Below are positions 28,001 through 33,980 of a DNA stretch of 64,000 bases, in pieces. Location: the NCBI GenBank assembly GCA_964019425.1, contig OZ025799.1:1178001-1242000 (forward strand), written 5' to 3'. Position 1 is the first letter of the stretch. Each line of letters opens with the position of its first letter. The DNA comes from Flectonema sp. DT1601. Its lineage: Eukaryota. Under the pieces are notes generated by a model. It did no database searches and was not told the origin of the DNA. It worked only from the letters and a program-made list of their open reading frames with translations. Position numbers and translations under genes: made by a program.

Positions 28001-30670
28001 GGTGTTGTGTCGGAGTCTGGTCCGATTACGACAGGACAGCAAACAGCAGTTGTTAGAAAGTTTTATAGTGATCAGAGATCGACAGTGGCTTCATTCTTGA
28101 TTTCTGGAAGTGGTGGTGTGGTCACTGATAGTTGTGTGGGTGAGGTAGACACTGCTGAGTTTGAAAGAAATAATGGTGTAGGGACAATGTATTATCAATA
28201 CACAATATCAGACACAGTTGGTATCCATCTAAATAGTGATTCGTGGTCTAATTCTATCAGACAAGTTGTTAATCAGAAAAGATCACAAATTAATATCGGT
28301 CAGAGTTTTAAACTCTCAATCATACATCATGAGACTGAACCAGTCACCGATTCTTGTTCATCTTCACCTTGTAATTGTGGACAGCGTTGTAGAACTGTTT
28401 CAAATCAAGTCTTTAGTTGTGAGTGTCGTCATCCTCATTTTAGTTCTTCGTCTGAGATAAATAAATCAGCGAATTGCTCAACGAAAACAAACACTCTTTC
28501 GACATTATCTGAGAGGACGTCGACTTTATCTCAGTTAACCCCGGAACAGATTTCCCAAACGGCATCTGATTTCGAAAATATAACAAGACAGTTATCACTG
28601 AATGTTTGGCATGGTGATGGCAGATGGAGACAAGACGCACTTCAGATAGCAAGACAGCTGTCTTTTCATCAGAATAAAAATATTTCAATAGAATCTGACT
28701 TAATAAATGTGTTACAATACATCTCAGACGGAACTAATAGTTTATATACTCAATGTTGTCTTGGGTCTTCTACTCCTACTTTTGTAAGTTGTTGTGGAGT
28801 CGTAACGAGTGTGAATGACACGTCTTCAGTCTCAGCAATGATTACATCCATCGCTGACATTATGTTGAGAGCATCTCCTCAACAAGTAACGTCAAACACG
28901 ATGATCACATGTGATTCAGAGTCTTGTGTCGATATGTTGAAGGATTCCTTTTTAATGAGAAGAAACACCAGCCTATCCGCACAGCTGTATGTGGGTGTTT
29001 TTCATAAATTAGCTTCTTTGAGATGTGTTTCGAGACAATATACGACATCTGAAAGTGTTTCTGAAATGGATACGACTAAAATATCAACCATTGTAATCCA
29101 ACCAGTTGGGAATGTTGGAACTGTTGTAGATGAAAGAATTATATCTCTGAACTCAACAACAGGATTAGAACTATTGGTAAGTCATTCCTCAGGTAGTAGT
29201 TGTGTTGAAATCGTATTAATACCAACGGGGTCTCTTTTACATTCAAGATTTCAGGGATCAGGATTCCCACATTTAACACCAATGAACTCAATCATCTCAG
29301 TCGGAGTTGAGGGTACGATACCGACTGCTGTTTTTATTCAAAACAGAGGTCCTTCAAGTCAATGGATTCCAACAGCGCACGATACCTTTTCAACATTGAC
29401 ATTTAACAGTGACACTTCTGATTGGCAACCCAGTACTGGAATTATCTCATCTGTGACACCACTCTCTGTTAGTGGTCAATATTTCAATCAAATTACATCC
29501 CAACAGCGATCAGTGGTCGTTCTAGCTGCAAATTCTACGAAATTATATTCGCTGTCGGGATTCGAACTTCCGGATGATTATGATTGTTTTCCGTGTATTT
29601 CTTTACCGATTGTTTGGGGACTCTGTTTTATATTATTAATTATTTGCTCACCTCCGTGTATTTCTATTGCGTCGAGTATTGGATTCCCGGATTGTTGTTC
29701 TCGTCCGAGGGAGAGTTTTGCAGGATTCAGAAACCACATGTGGATACAACCGTTTTACTCTGAAACAGTCTCTGGTGATGATGATGATGATGACGATGAT
29801 GATGATGAAAACAGTCAATCTCGATTAGTAAAAAGTCAAAAACTTTGTCATTTTATAATTCTATGTTGGTGTCAAGTTTCAATATTCTACCCGACATCTA
29901 CCAAGTGTAGATACTCATGGAATGTTGACACATCGAATGTTGCAATCTACGGAATTGTAATCGGTTTCATATCAACGCTGATCACACAACTACCAACGAT
30001 CGTATCAAAAATCCAAAGTAATAAATGGATTTTTTATATTCCAACGATTGTCGTATCGTTTGTTTGTATTGGGGGATCAGTTTTAATGTACGACAACACT
30101 GATGAGTACAACACAACGGAACAGATTGATAGATATGTAACAGTGTTTGGTATCGCATTGGGTGTTAGTCTGGTTGTGATTGAACCTGTTGGGAAACAGT
30201 TGTTGTATTGGATTGGTTTGGTTATGAATAAATCAAAAAAAGTAAAAATAAAAACACAAGAATTCCACCAACCAGTTCCTTCCGAACATTACGATGAAAG
30301 AGAACTAGTAAATCTTCCTGTAGAAGATTATTCAGGTGAGGTTGTTCGCGAGGTGATGCCAAGACTATATCAGGAACCTTATAGCACTTCAAGAACACAA
30401 AGTGTATTGAACTCTGGTTCTCTTGGTAATCGTCATAGCAGCAGGTATACACCTGTTCTTGATGTTTATGGTGATTATGATCAACAAACGAATCCTCTAT
30501 TTAACGATCCTCATTTTTCAAATTTACGCGCACCTCCACCAGCGCCATCTGGTAGAGGAGTGCTACTCAGTTCACTCCCAACTAGTCACATCTCCACGTC
30601 ATCAAAATATAATAGACTCTCTGAGAATAGAGATAATAAGTTGTTTTCACAATTTGGGGTATGTTCTTGA
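7028..30670 (+). CDS. Giant (7880 aa) cell-surface/adhesion protein: signal peptide, cadherin/Ig-like repeats, long Cys-rich repeat array, multi-pass C-terminal membrane region
   Basis: Single uninterrupted ORF. Hydrophobic signal peptide (MKPSAHVLLLLLMFSVVVG). Repeated xED...VNDxP motifs ~7085-13110; CC-containing repeats ~13740-14445; dozens of DGTxCDDxNxxTxxDxCxxGxCxG units ~14445-27060; EGF-like CSSSPCNCGQRC...CEC ~28350-28430; about five TM helices ~29595-30225. Confidence 0.9.
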   Translation: MKPSAHVLLLLLMFSVVVGQPTAVVTNIMIAEDDPARNINFLTGIRDMNSCGTGQGTCQLEISNIASSDIRYRTIINSVPPSTVLSATTGCSNTSPCSAVISLTLRDNQNTNGVPLVVTFDIISRPQSGGTAVSSSFQMSITITSVNDAPESSPIVGTVFTFSSYPQPASTNPNVLEVENFATVVRVAPSTAADEDGQILCGGASCPCTVTLLSGASVLSSSPGIELGSYTPIATAPVSGTLRLQLQRPIRGDFPRRMRLSCSITDNGIPQGINQFNPIEIIVTGISIGTVSPTTSCVEDSDCLISNFIPSITDGNGGATRFNPQNWISITSTETVRLNEIISQNGFVPIHNPSSGCDGGCASDLRILTLANKNTFINNVNTPIPLSITVFDNLGNSASPQQTLLSVISVNDPPLYSLSPIALSRLVANYSDVSSVGFPEFTFSQMLMNIQAGPDDELVFQSVRTSDQRPCEVSMPRFQSIDASVVLFDEIPIIQISGSDGSLSFRLRSDLINQLSLFSSSQDNYLLVNINCRLFDSQLGMTTVDQLTVAIIPPNSPPFASCSPGNNCVLSVVEDSVNVTLSNVMELSPRSLFGTASDWESFQTIEIVNCDFNSNLIDFFNITIHQPVVVSSDNYTASIEISLIPNIVNGNGTFSCTVNDSLGLESTFSGEIVVTSVNDLPYYVFGSTSIAVDASNLVSQNVSNIVRDVTAGIPPSGSSNEDNQVVCGNSGICICSVSSGTEIFTSIPTIILESNSPTVSSPTSGVLNFQLSGVLGIATVTCVITDSEGASSTTPLITITSIQQGIVWNFDRAGVVCVEDVSPCVISGLISNLNTIPTQTSVITYSSQVTSTDSRFSQLISSSSLQGVGLSDLRLTLFDNQNTESQSSVVLVITISNNLGNSFSREINFDISSVNDPPIFTPTTAVSVVGIQLQGAGELIFTNTPLVSSVSDVDGPDSEIQLSCESTNVISQVVFFKSNFTIAVQFDYDQLLLFYEQSGRPGFPLLVDITCQATDSLSGSSTVTSRLSITTGKTAFKIEPMITSVEDQGPVVIDNFIKNGTDNKLLARSATSPFDSNMVWYSLTSTDVRWGIVGNGIFMTLPRLELDQTTRTSATLTYETSPDKNTGTTPIRFLVTLTDTTGDQSDPVECFLSVIPINDNPVVGNKDTIERDGLNTSTLNGFLFGLQQQVPNLLSGIFSGPTTAVDELQSDSITPMGISQSCISRSVSGRITSESEIIINQNTATLIFTIEEPLPGRYPIRSDLSFLCQINDTAGGTTTVSIPVHIENGPPTWSPSSNPLLTYEDGSVIAVQPLNDFTVVVFSNFIQNLNGEDDFNSDWEDVMITNSTIINSAMVVNRNCDSGFQPLCTADLSLSLNKNQYGTSNISIAIRTVGGLSHTRNIEVNVENVNDPPSINIISITSFTFNRVAYSAHTIREIGTSVTPGPDLFDYINDLSCIVSNQFLFAVQPVLSLEDDNSTLSLSFTFSDVLVLSESQLSSNVYCSISDAFGSTTSLGSSFTLSVIPLSNIIIMNSPVNEVVCYEDGRQFPVNDQTTPLPCFIQDFVRILNFNGDLFSDPEWSVIGLSGGSEMLINNASLTRLPTVQQPTSDLSLRLVENASGSLWLSVFVRDRPTGRTSQTLFFKVTVLSVNDFPIIMLNSKYLNGIPSANMLSYQLDDFLELAVPGPSDEEITQNVTGECNGIPTSVFSSQPEIVIANRVGRLMFSVIEIDIPNDVSISCYFNDNNKTIPSTPMLRTDLGRIPINPSISFTIPSSVRCFEDLNCHVPNFVSNLRDRNSGLSEFTNPIYSFNSTDDRFSNLRMYLTGRISPVYCTSSNNCDLDLVVESTLGSNTDLYTNSGLVSGSDPIRINISISDVSGRITTMEFSVIIIGNNDLPSYVQSVYEIVIENPQTLLVFPRSDQIIDNLLPGRQQSLSEAGQILCNGQPCLCQSTNTIIFENRLNPVLRLSDYSPAGLVGASGLLEYTFDRTVLSGVVGVQKSIVRCNIIDSVNPNRIITVETTISLVESREQVCGPVVLPSSATLSSSCRNGSFLTSISDPSCTSQCLPGFQLQTPFTGTFSCPAIAGSGIACDPNTCTVAPVVSGIDFSYVSCIGNRTGDVCTVECPVGFVKSDTVRDDELEFELQCNNQGRIINRLNITRICESVECPAVFKFGMIPGGNCTSNSIKNDSSCQIQCDTGFITTTIVSPHQRHTLNSSAYCQVAPQSGTTTLFYNINCTKSCEEYICPSQMSQLPNPELASCPSGICTSSMCCLELCSSFDCVSGRRMLPKINSNGIVCTSTSGCTEEECCDQTCASSFVSDCGIGFTLNDNLNQINCNSTTCTISQCCRSTCDNTAFTYCLPGSGYSLKSGSSSIPCGGPNPQTDCDIAVCCNPTCCRDVEICIRSTSSLVLAAGYESISCPSGTCVESDCCEVSCQNYVCDASQGLTLRDDHQAIGCSFSSGCASSDCCIDRCQGVTCTSVSTCHLPGTCDPTTGTCSNPLTSDGTTCSISTRAGTCSSGRCIATASSIPCGSSSCTDIGQTCVTTRCQDAATGTCGTEVVTVGSSCSDGSFGTVNDICTAATCFGYNTRDYQPCRARSECHEASIVSGVCIHTLKTDLSTCNDQDSTTINDRCLSGKCIGDKKCLRTCKPVPCRISECNPETGLCSYTRIQSDNTICGVSVDEVCISGECVNRNCSCCEQSRSQCLSISCEGNCVQNIIRNGEACTPQQFNDSSFEYYCQQGECRMNVTQVTETFHQCRGLQDGVLCNDQNPTTFPDYCNNGLCIGLDICSRETCPIRECHAIPTCELSQSWQQIASLINPTNIYKISLSDLMLNSSSELQFHTCRYTPVGDNIRCRGGTCLSGICRRELTCYNTTCVTTRSECRNIKCSDAVMECVEENLIDGTQCSIGNCLSGECVSSQAGIVSPCLIAVCERQLRLGLCELPVCSESGCSSITKLNNIPCDDNNDRTYSDKCQSGVCIGQRTCLSNCDRICRANVTCDGISGTCSSQPSPDGSVCITRRSEPGSCQDGWCYPTRQCSLTTTVIPVIENCISVQCYDSSCCDSGCAYTPTPNSICNDNNDATVDDRCIFSEQLNKYYCSGRELCQNKICWPTNSCELQGLCNPLTGECEKREVSDGMPCDDKNVTTIRDACYRGTCIGDDYCTTHCVSQNPCLVAVCSPEELLDADRCVFLPKNGTSCDDLNPNTLNDTCDNGFCSGTINCIPTGGGLLQVCKSTQCHTPSCNSNGQCTLIPSSFNVQCNPNNAASSIPSQRFFGTCISGSCNEDNDYCNGINCVSRSTCTVARCVGYRFNPSNRGSCEAINLPDYTECFNPTANKDGLCLFGTCVVSPTNLTITTQLVPEHRCSMSDNCTDFNVLTKNDSCQSGGFCAGGISCGNTTCVRQSQCHNTFCESNVCIQRISQDFSHCIDYNNNTISSHCRSGVCIPNDRCQGVFCQSLITGESDQNNSYACVKPSPFLVNSSEVILNTITQNTIPGICDSSTGRCVDLFKLTIPVQEGTACNITDQGGRSMMGACRRGRCILNSVIEIIEPQTCPHESIICNNIIGVNCSEVRPVSDGTPCSDYSPFTSSGSCQNGVCISTDSCEGVTCVPSSDCHHQGECAFGVCTTPTVSDYTDCGNNFFTNTDDNNITQSWCVSGICRPKITNPCTSCTQPDAAVLQCYSVVQNRCDNRTGVCEIIPKPINTICDDFDSDTDTDICVTQSTGQLKCLGSITCNGQRCQNSNQCLRPYCSGNICTSIPVENTIRKQCDDGNPLTRNDICINGECTGELICDSSTCGSDTDCQISVGCLFGSCVRHNKPDFTNCDDGISTTARDHCRNGLCVGIQISVAIEDGCPLTRSSCQSPNQFIRNPISSNTADYCSENPLPDLIVCDDNNPDTVMDTCDDGVCVGVLYCPEMCKSSSACKKPVCRSGVCTLIDLPDGTMCVDYNQQTGEEVCMSGVCVGNHKCVSDLCQPESQCHIKGSCQLDKCTTPIAPDGTPCDDGNPTTTMDICTRGICVGQPRCTTSSSQCNQIGNSLTNCLTTTLSQNCTIGSPVCVTQPTPDGGSCNDQNTLTVNDTCYSGVCVGLIPCGNQVCSSQGICQNPICVSSNQCGLSPKPDNTPCYDGNDTTINDICVSGRCVGTSLCQDKDCPERECFESGCDINTGDCFLKVRPNKTPCNDNNQNTFDDMCDDGICIGTAFCSNSNQCTTTSSSSSSSSCILSSYCNQFSGSCEISYIANGTECVLNNNASGVCESGVCSQQVDLPCSDNCSTTITQCIVNNCYGDVCSSSYATIGTACNDHIDDTMNDRCTSHGLCSGRVLCRDSSCNPQSQCHYSGTCDSATGVCSNPQKPDLSPCDDLNPTTVRDSCLNGICVGIPQGGLCNNVICGVNTLSCRESIGICNPQNGICEYAIRSDGQQCDDSNSISLSDRCHSGVCVGTVPCLENCESLSWCMIAVCRQSRCQMIPKLDGTQCDDSNPLTQNDICTSGTCLGQVPQCMTTTYECNTTTVCINKLTTITTTTVTNSLHGTPCDGGDSTTTGSACSFGICIGFNKCLLYRASEKCDIRKQCSYTTTCDSETGSCREILLPDNTDCDDGNVLTISDKCFQGHCRGELIQTTCPTCRSSSQCHIASCENSVCTQTQAPDGFQCNDLNPSTINDRCTSGICIGTDLCQGISCVETSNSFSCFESSNTNCYNGVCYYEYSPSDKVCDDLLSVTTTDVCTPGGCGTTTQCGNQLCTSSNPQCHYSLCQNNICVEIQKPDNTECYIPTTVGRLYSYSLPAVGTMECQSGICVSTSKCFGVFCSSLTQCHLPGVCLESSGECTNPTKPTTACDDGNPTTINDVCTNGVCQGRAPCDGISCVDVTNGGIQSCYESQGRCNTTTSLCEYNQKPDGTVCDDGNTDTETDICRSGVCSGTLICSSSTQTNQCTPDMYQNNECLRPSCSGSSCVILTLNGSLCNDKDPNTANDICSTTGVCRGVPLCDNILNTCTPLSDCYRSECTFGRCRQVMLSDGMMCFGGQCQEGVCRIGNCPLGNCQQRRCSSTVEDSPCDDGNPITINDRCRNGFCIGESRCNSVTCTSLSQCHERGSCNPQTGRCSTPTSADNTPCDDSNPTTVIDVCTSGTCSGQLQCLREPSPCSPPSECKEVNCGSDGRCLIRNKYDHSSCRSPNFECLGGTCIQKNRCSGVVCTPSDSCHSTGSCDPETGYCSDPLLGEGTPCVVGNYTSTCSGNGVCIRKNNCSSVATPGGCHTNTRCKTVRCTTEGLCVIENEYNFTKCNDGNPETINDNCINGICVGTNLCNGHTCGSDNQLLCMSSSNSCNRLTGLCEQRQPLQDGSTCTDYNTATVHDSCQAGSCVGTTTCSGETCKPSDQYCMTSTCSDSDGCGYVQLPNGVACDDYNQFTTTDRCLNGVCVGINLCQNVTCSLPTDSNTTCFDSTTCDYQTGKCLTIPKPDMTFCKHQNAESGVCIRGLCSPLLKCDSQLRTTPVECPEISVVSSLHPCIINTCPGIDTNTCIQRNQLDGVSCLINNPQTGGILGPGFCRNGVCVSSITQDRTCRAGQCRSDQCQDSTCDVRTGNCQIVNKNQHEQCDDGNSGTTTDSCVGDGSCQGETICNGQSCGFNSQCSTYECKNGICITTNKPSGTPCNDNLSETMTDSCNGEGTCVGISICSFLSCNTFPLLDCNSAPFCDVSLQRCLYTPLTDYTSCGNSTGICMGGSCLVNSTQNCGTVEHCAPTNPQCETVSCVNSNCVQIPKLNGTACTDYNPNTLFDYCYEGRCIGIDLCENVTCPEVRCQINNFCQHHTGTCYYIPMTDGSSCNNNNKCFSGVCLSEAAPQCGSSGVQSTCPKPNDVRCQDAICHQNGTCILSNKFDGTPCDDLSQFSVDDKCVSGQCIGQQLCNNRFCDNQDFGGSLNPCNTPSICNYTTGGCISSCNSESLQCKNAQNGTTCTDNNPSTINDKCVSEICIGSNQCDDITCDNSIITNNRCIQRVDCNPLTGLCEQFYRPEMTPCSDNDPTTTQDVCIAGSCVGRVPCGGSFCPLSEKFCKIAVCLSNNTCSEISSENGIWCTDDNPMTTSDSCNNGLCTGVSLCNSASCDLSQHHQLNSQCYDDNMRCNPQSGQCLVTEKQYQTTCTDGNPFTQNDTCLNGTCSGLLTCSDTLCVTHEMCKMAICNTTCFVINRFDGYPCTDNNETTGLDVCMSGVCVGSNLCEGSRCSIELSDRTCHQSATCNPQTGQCEAVLLPNGTTCVDHSTGRNGICFSGSCKPDTICGSERCQNNNINSCYEYDCGLTATPTCRSIPSPDNVYCGTVGRCKNGICVETAPAIQNRYITPDQNTNPCIEETCNLVSGVCSSTVVSNGTECYQNITSSKLGTCHLGTCLPDVSCGSMFTCYNLYLQGVLGSELSVCQQFECTSGVNGACVRTPSPRGTLCGRSGECINGICVQNGLSTCQRSCKSEQPTALDCIASDGSVQKPDGEVCNTLSGRCYSGVCTSEVLCGDYKCFPNDIQCQVAVCVSGQCSSIPAIEGKPCNDFKTITTGDRCIAGKCIGIDLCRNVICSATNNCHFGGTCNPSTGLCSSPRKPTNTECDDNNSETPSSYCLSGICVGVIQCGIPAVSCQPTRTNCFKIECQGNGCVTTQQPDGTLCDDENIQTQNDTCNSGLCSGSIINCATSVGIQSSNILSQQCQVVSNPESVSCNNQICTDLTCCQTCVNYNTNVCKCRALQHYPNQITCPVGGCNAADCCSSPIAISNITLETTLTLEQLNSQMTKQKLISDIHNSLSSLGTDRYMIEDTWNGVVVVGVSGSVLRFQIASRLYTNNNIFTNLVKLSLENSIRNGRILSARRVLSTSSITLEEREGQNPVVLVSMRTTTDAEIFSNPLRSSELSSYKSQLSSSLDISTELISAFTVGETTRMPPQTQITYSVTPCAFSATEARLDVQKKLQQLVADLSNVLGIKSFTASGVSGMSFQAVLYISFTPDVSGVVSESGPITTGQQTAVVRKFYSDQRSTVASFLISGSGGVVTDSCVGEVDTAEFERNNGVGTMYYQYTISDTVGIHLNSDSWSNSIRQVVNQKRSQINIGQSFKLSIIHHETEPVTDSCSSSPCNCGQRCRTVSNQVFSCECRHPHFSSSSEINKSANCSTKTNTLSTLSERTSTLSQLTPEQISQTASDFENITRQLSLNVWHGDGRWRQDALQIARQLSFHQNKNISIESDLINVLQYISDGTNSLYTQCCLGSSTPTFVSCCGVVTSVNDTSSVSAMITSIADIMLRASPQQVTSNTMITCDSESCVDMLKDSFLMRRNTSLSAQLYVGVFHKLASLRCVSRQYTTSESVSEMDTTKISTIVIQPVGNVGTVVDERIISLNSTTGLELLVSHSSGSSCVEIVLIPTGSLLHSRFQGSGFPHLTPMNSIISVGVEGTIPTAVFIQNRGPSSQWIPTAHDTFSTLTFNSDTSDWQPSTGIISSVTPLSVSGQYFNQITSQQRSVVVLAANSTKLYSLSGFELPDDYDCFPCISLPIVWGLCFILLIICSPPCISIASSIGFPDCCSRPRESFAGFRNHMWIQPFYSETVSGDDDDDDDDDDENSQSRLVKSQKLCHFIILCWCQVSIFYPTSTKCRYSWNVDTSNVAIYGIVIGFISTLITQLPTIVSKIQSNKWIFYIPTIVVSFVCIGGSVLMYDNTDEYNTTEQIDRYVTVFGIALGVSLVVIEPVGKQLLYWIGLVMNKSKKVKIKTQEFHQPVPSEHYDERELVNLPVEDYSGEVVREVMPRLYQEPYSTSRTQSVLNSGSLGNRHSSRYTPVLDVYGDYDQQTNPLFNDPHFSNLRAPPPAPSGRGVLLSSLPTSHISTSSKYNRLSENRDNKLFSQFGVCS

Positions 30671-32034
30671 ATGTGTTTTTTTTTTTTTTTTTTTCATCTC
30701 GAAGACATGTTTTACGAGCGAAAGAGAATTGTGGCACCGTAACGTTAACACCCTTACTTTATAGGCTTGTTTCCGGCTTACTTTGTTTGCGCACAAACAA
30801 AGTAAGCCGACTGTTTTCGATGAAATCACGACCAAATAATAATAATAAAACAGACTGATGATATTCTCGATTTAGATCAAGATCTCCGTACTACCGGTAG
30901 GGATATTTAGTATTCTGATGGTAATTTATATGATGTTTGTTTGTTTGTTTGTTTCCTTTTTTTTTGTGTTAAAAATAATCACCAACAACTCCGTGTTGGT
31001 GGAATAAAGTCCCTTTTTTAGTATTAGTTTCTATACCGTTTCTCTCAACACCGTTTATTCGGAGTAGTTGAATATCAAGGTTTTTAAGCATGGACATTTC
31101 CCTTGCAATTATTTTCGAAGGAAAAAAATATATTCTTTTTTTTCTGACTTCTCTGTAGCCGTAGTAACTTTTAGATTTTACGTTTTGTAGTTTGCGAGTA
31201 GCTTAACAGACTTTATCAAGAAGTCAATTCTTTGTTTGAGTTAACAAAGAAGAAAAAAAAAACAAAAAGAAACCGTATTCTTTCTTGTATGTTATGTACA
31301 ACCTTTTCATGTACCTGGATTGATTAATAAATGGGGTCCTCCTCCTCTAGTTACCTTCCCCGGGTAAGAACTTTTTCCTGTATGTTGTGGAATCAAGTTT
31401 TCATTAGTTTTCTGCTTAGATTTTCGGTACCGACTTCTTTTTTTTTTTTAATACCGCGATCGCGGTCACTACTGACATTATATTATTGAAAAAACAAAAA
31501 AACAAAAAAATTCATATTGTAGTTTAGTTTGGTTTAGTTTTTTTTGCTTATTGGCTCTTTTTGTTGTCAATGAGGTAGATTTCAGTACTTTTTTTTTTTT
31601 TTTTTTTTTTTGTTTTTTTTTTTCCAATGTCGTGATTTAGGATTTTTCATGTTTCCCTCACCACAGGAATTAAAACATCGCAGGATTTGGTTTAGTTTTC
31701 TACCGCAGTATTGGGATCCCCGAGGAGTTACGCAATTCTCTTTGAATAGAACTTCTTGATGGAATGACGGAGTTGATATCTATTGCGGTGTGTTGCTTTC
31801 GTTGGATTTTATGATTACTTTTTTTTTTTTTTTTTTTTTTTCCTTTCAAACCTTCTTTGATTTAGTTCCAGTTCGAAACCCTCTCATTCTTACCTAATTA
31901 AAAAAAAGACATCTCAATCAGGAAAAACTTAAATAACCATTATGACGTGTTAAAGAGATAAGGTCTGAAGAAGAGACCATTGTATGTTTTGATTTCCTCA
32001 AAGATAACTCTCTTCTCAGGATTACTTTATTAGA

Positions 32035-33069
32035 ATGGCATTCACTTCTATTTCAGAAGTTGGGATCAATTCACGTTCAGGTGGTGATAATTCGAATATG
32101 TTCATCAGACCTGTTCGAAGTACGAAGAAAGAAGGGAAATTAATAAATTCAAAACCCGATGAGAGGTGGCTACCAATACAACTACACAGAGGATACTTAT
32201 TCAGTGAAATAGTAATTGAGATGAGAGGAGCTGTTGGATTGATCTCGAGTCAGGAAGCAGTCATGAAATCTGTAAGGAATTGTATCTCATATCAGTGCGA
32301 CTCATCTTTAACAGTTCAATCGAATAAAAAAGGTTCCCTCATTGATGATAATTTAACATCTCAATCACTCCGATTCTGGATCGATTCCCTTCTAAACATA
32401 TCATCGATTATTATCGATAGCAGTCCTGGTTCTCAATATTTTATTATCATCCTTAGAGAATCACCTTATGAAGGTACCGTGTTTGTTAGTCAAAATGATA
32501 CTTACATATCCGGATCAAAAACACTTATAACAAAAGCGAGTGCGATGTTTAAAGACGCAGGCTTAACAATTGAACACACGACTAACTTATTATCTTTAAG
32601 AAGTTGTGGTGGTGATGATGTGAAGATTGCTGTTGGTGTGATTGTTGATTTGTCTCAGAGGACTGTAGATTTCAGTTCTGATTGTAAACTTCCGCTGTTG
32701 GTTTCATCATTTCCTTTTATAGGATGTAGTTACTGTCAGTCGAATATTAGAATTCAGTCTGAAGAAAGTTCATTTTCAGAAGGTCTTCAAAGGATATTCA
32801 TATCAGGTGGTAGGATCCTGCCTCACTCTGTTGCTGATATCTTCAGATCATGTCGTCTCCACCAATCAGATTGTACCATAGCGTTAACCGTAAACAGAGC
32901 TTCTGCAACAGTTGCATTCCTTCCTTCAGTAATATCACCTCCCTGGGATGACTGTTGTTCATCACAAGATGATGATCAATTTGAAAAGGGAACCTGTCCA
33001 GGTAGAATTCAACTTTCAGGTGGCAATGTTTGGATGTCAGACGTTATTGTAAAAGAACCTAAAGAATAA
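32035..33069 (+). CDS. Hypothetical protein (344 aa)
   Basis: Long + strand ORF with ATG preceded by CTCTTCTCAG acceptor-like site; no family recognised. Confidence 0.65.
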   Translation: MAFTSISEVGINSRSGGDNSNMFIRPVRSTKKEGKLINSKPDERWLPIQLHRGYLFSEIVIEMRGAVGLISSQEAVMKSVRNCISYQCDSSLTVQSNKKGSLIDDNLTSQSLRFWIDSLLNISSIIIDSSPGSQYFIIILRESPYEGTVFVSQNDTYISGSKTLITKASAMFKDAGLTIEHTTNLLSLRSCGGDDVKIAVGVIVDLSQRTVDFSSDCKLPLLVSSFPFIGCSYCQSNIRIQSEESSFSEGLQRIFISGGRILPHSVADIFRSCRLHQSDCTIALTVNRASATVAFLPSVISPPWDDCCSSQDDDQFEKGTCPGRIQLSGGNVWMSDVIVKEPKE

Positions 33070-33341
33070 TATTATGTTATTTATTATTATTATTATTATT
33101 ATTTTTTTTTTTTAAAAATTATTTTACCTAAAATTTGAGGTAACTAATCAAAAGAATTCCTAACCCGTTCTTGTTGTCTTCATACGAACCTCTTTCTGGT
33201 TATCAATCTGAAAGAGTATGAGTGCTCTGGGCACTTTTTAGATTAATTCTCTTTATGAATGTTTGTTGTCAGTTGATGTAAAAAAAAAAAAAAAAAAATT
33301 AATTTGTCATTTCATTCAAAAGATAAATTTGTCTCAAGAGG

Positions 33342-33980
33342 ATGTCTCTGTTTCGAAACACTCCAACAGAATGGGAGAATGATGCAGAAACTCCAACTAC
33401 TGAAATTGATCACTCATCTGTGGATGATGTTTTGAGTATCACGCCTGTTAAAATTATATTAAAAAAAACAAATCCTTTCCGAATGGAATTACTCAAAAAG
33501 TTGTCATCAAACAGAATATCTGAAGCTGAACGACTGCAGACTGAGAAATCAATTCAACGTCCAGTTATACCAAAACTAAAACCCGATCAGAAGGCCCTCG
33601 TCATCATAAGAAGGTATGATCTGCTATTGAGAAAGGATGCTGTTAGGGGACTAACCAACAAGCAAAGATACGTTTACAGAAGGAGGAGGGGAAACAATTC
33701 ACATCCAATATTATGGTTCCACAGATGGCCTCCTTCAATGAACAGGGCGGACTTATTTCCATTTCATCATTCTAAACATAAAATAAACAAAGAATCATCC
33801 TACAGTAAGGCTGTGTGTAAACAGTATCCAACTTATGAAAGTGATCAGCGAGACCTTCTTAAGGCTAAAAAGAAACCAATCCAAACAATGCGATCACAGA
33901 AATACGAATACCTTCTGAACTGGAACACTAATTCAGATAATACAAAATGTTCAGAGAGGGGAACCCGTCGACGAAGGTGA
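33342..33980 (+). CDS. Hypothetical basic protein (212 aa)
   Basis: ATG-initiated ORF on the gene-bearing strand, flanked by AT-rich intergenic DNA; no family recognised. Confidence 0.6.
   Translation: MSLFRNTPTEWENDAETPTTEIDHSSVDDVLSITPVKIILKKTNPFRMELLKKLSSNRISEAERLQTEKSIQRPVIPKLKPDQKALVIIRRYDLLLRKDAVRGLTNKQRYVYRRRRGNNSHPILWFHRWPPSMNRADLFPFHHSKHKINKESSYSKAVCKQYPTYESDQRDLLKAKKKPIQTMRSQKYEYLLNWNTNSDNTKCSERGTRRRR

Noticed and set aside
12049..28688. Many short alternative-frame and antisense ORFs inside the giant gene
   Set aside because: By-products of biased Cys/Thr/Asn codon use; no motifs or acceptor context.
31453..31466. 14-bp palindrome ACCGCGATCGCGGT
   Set aside because: Single short occurrence with no supporting context.
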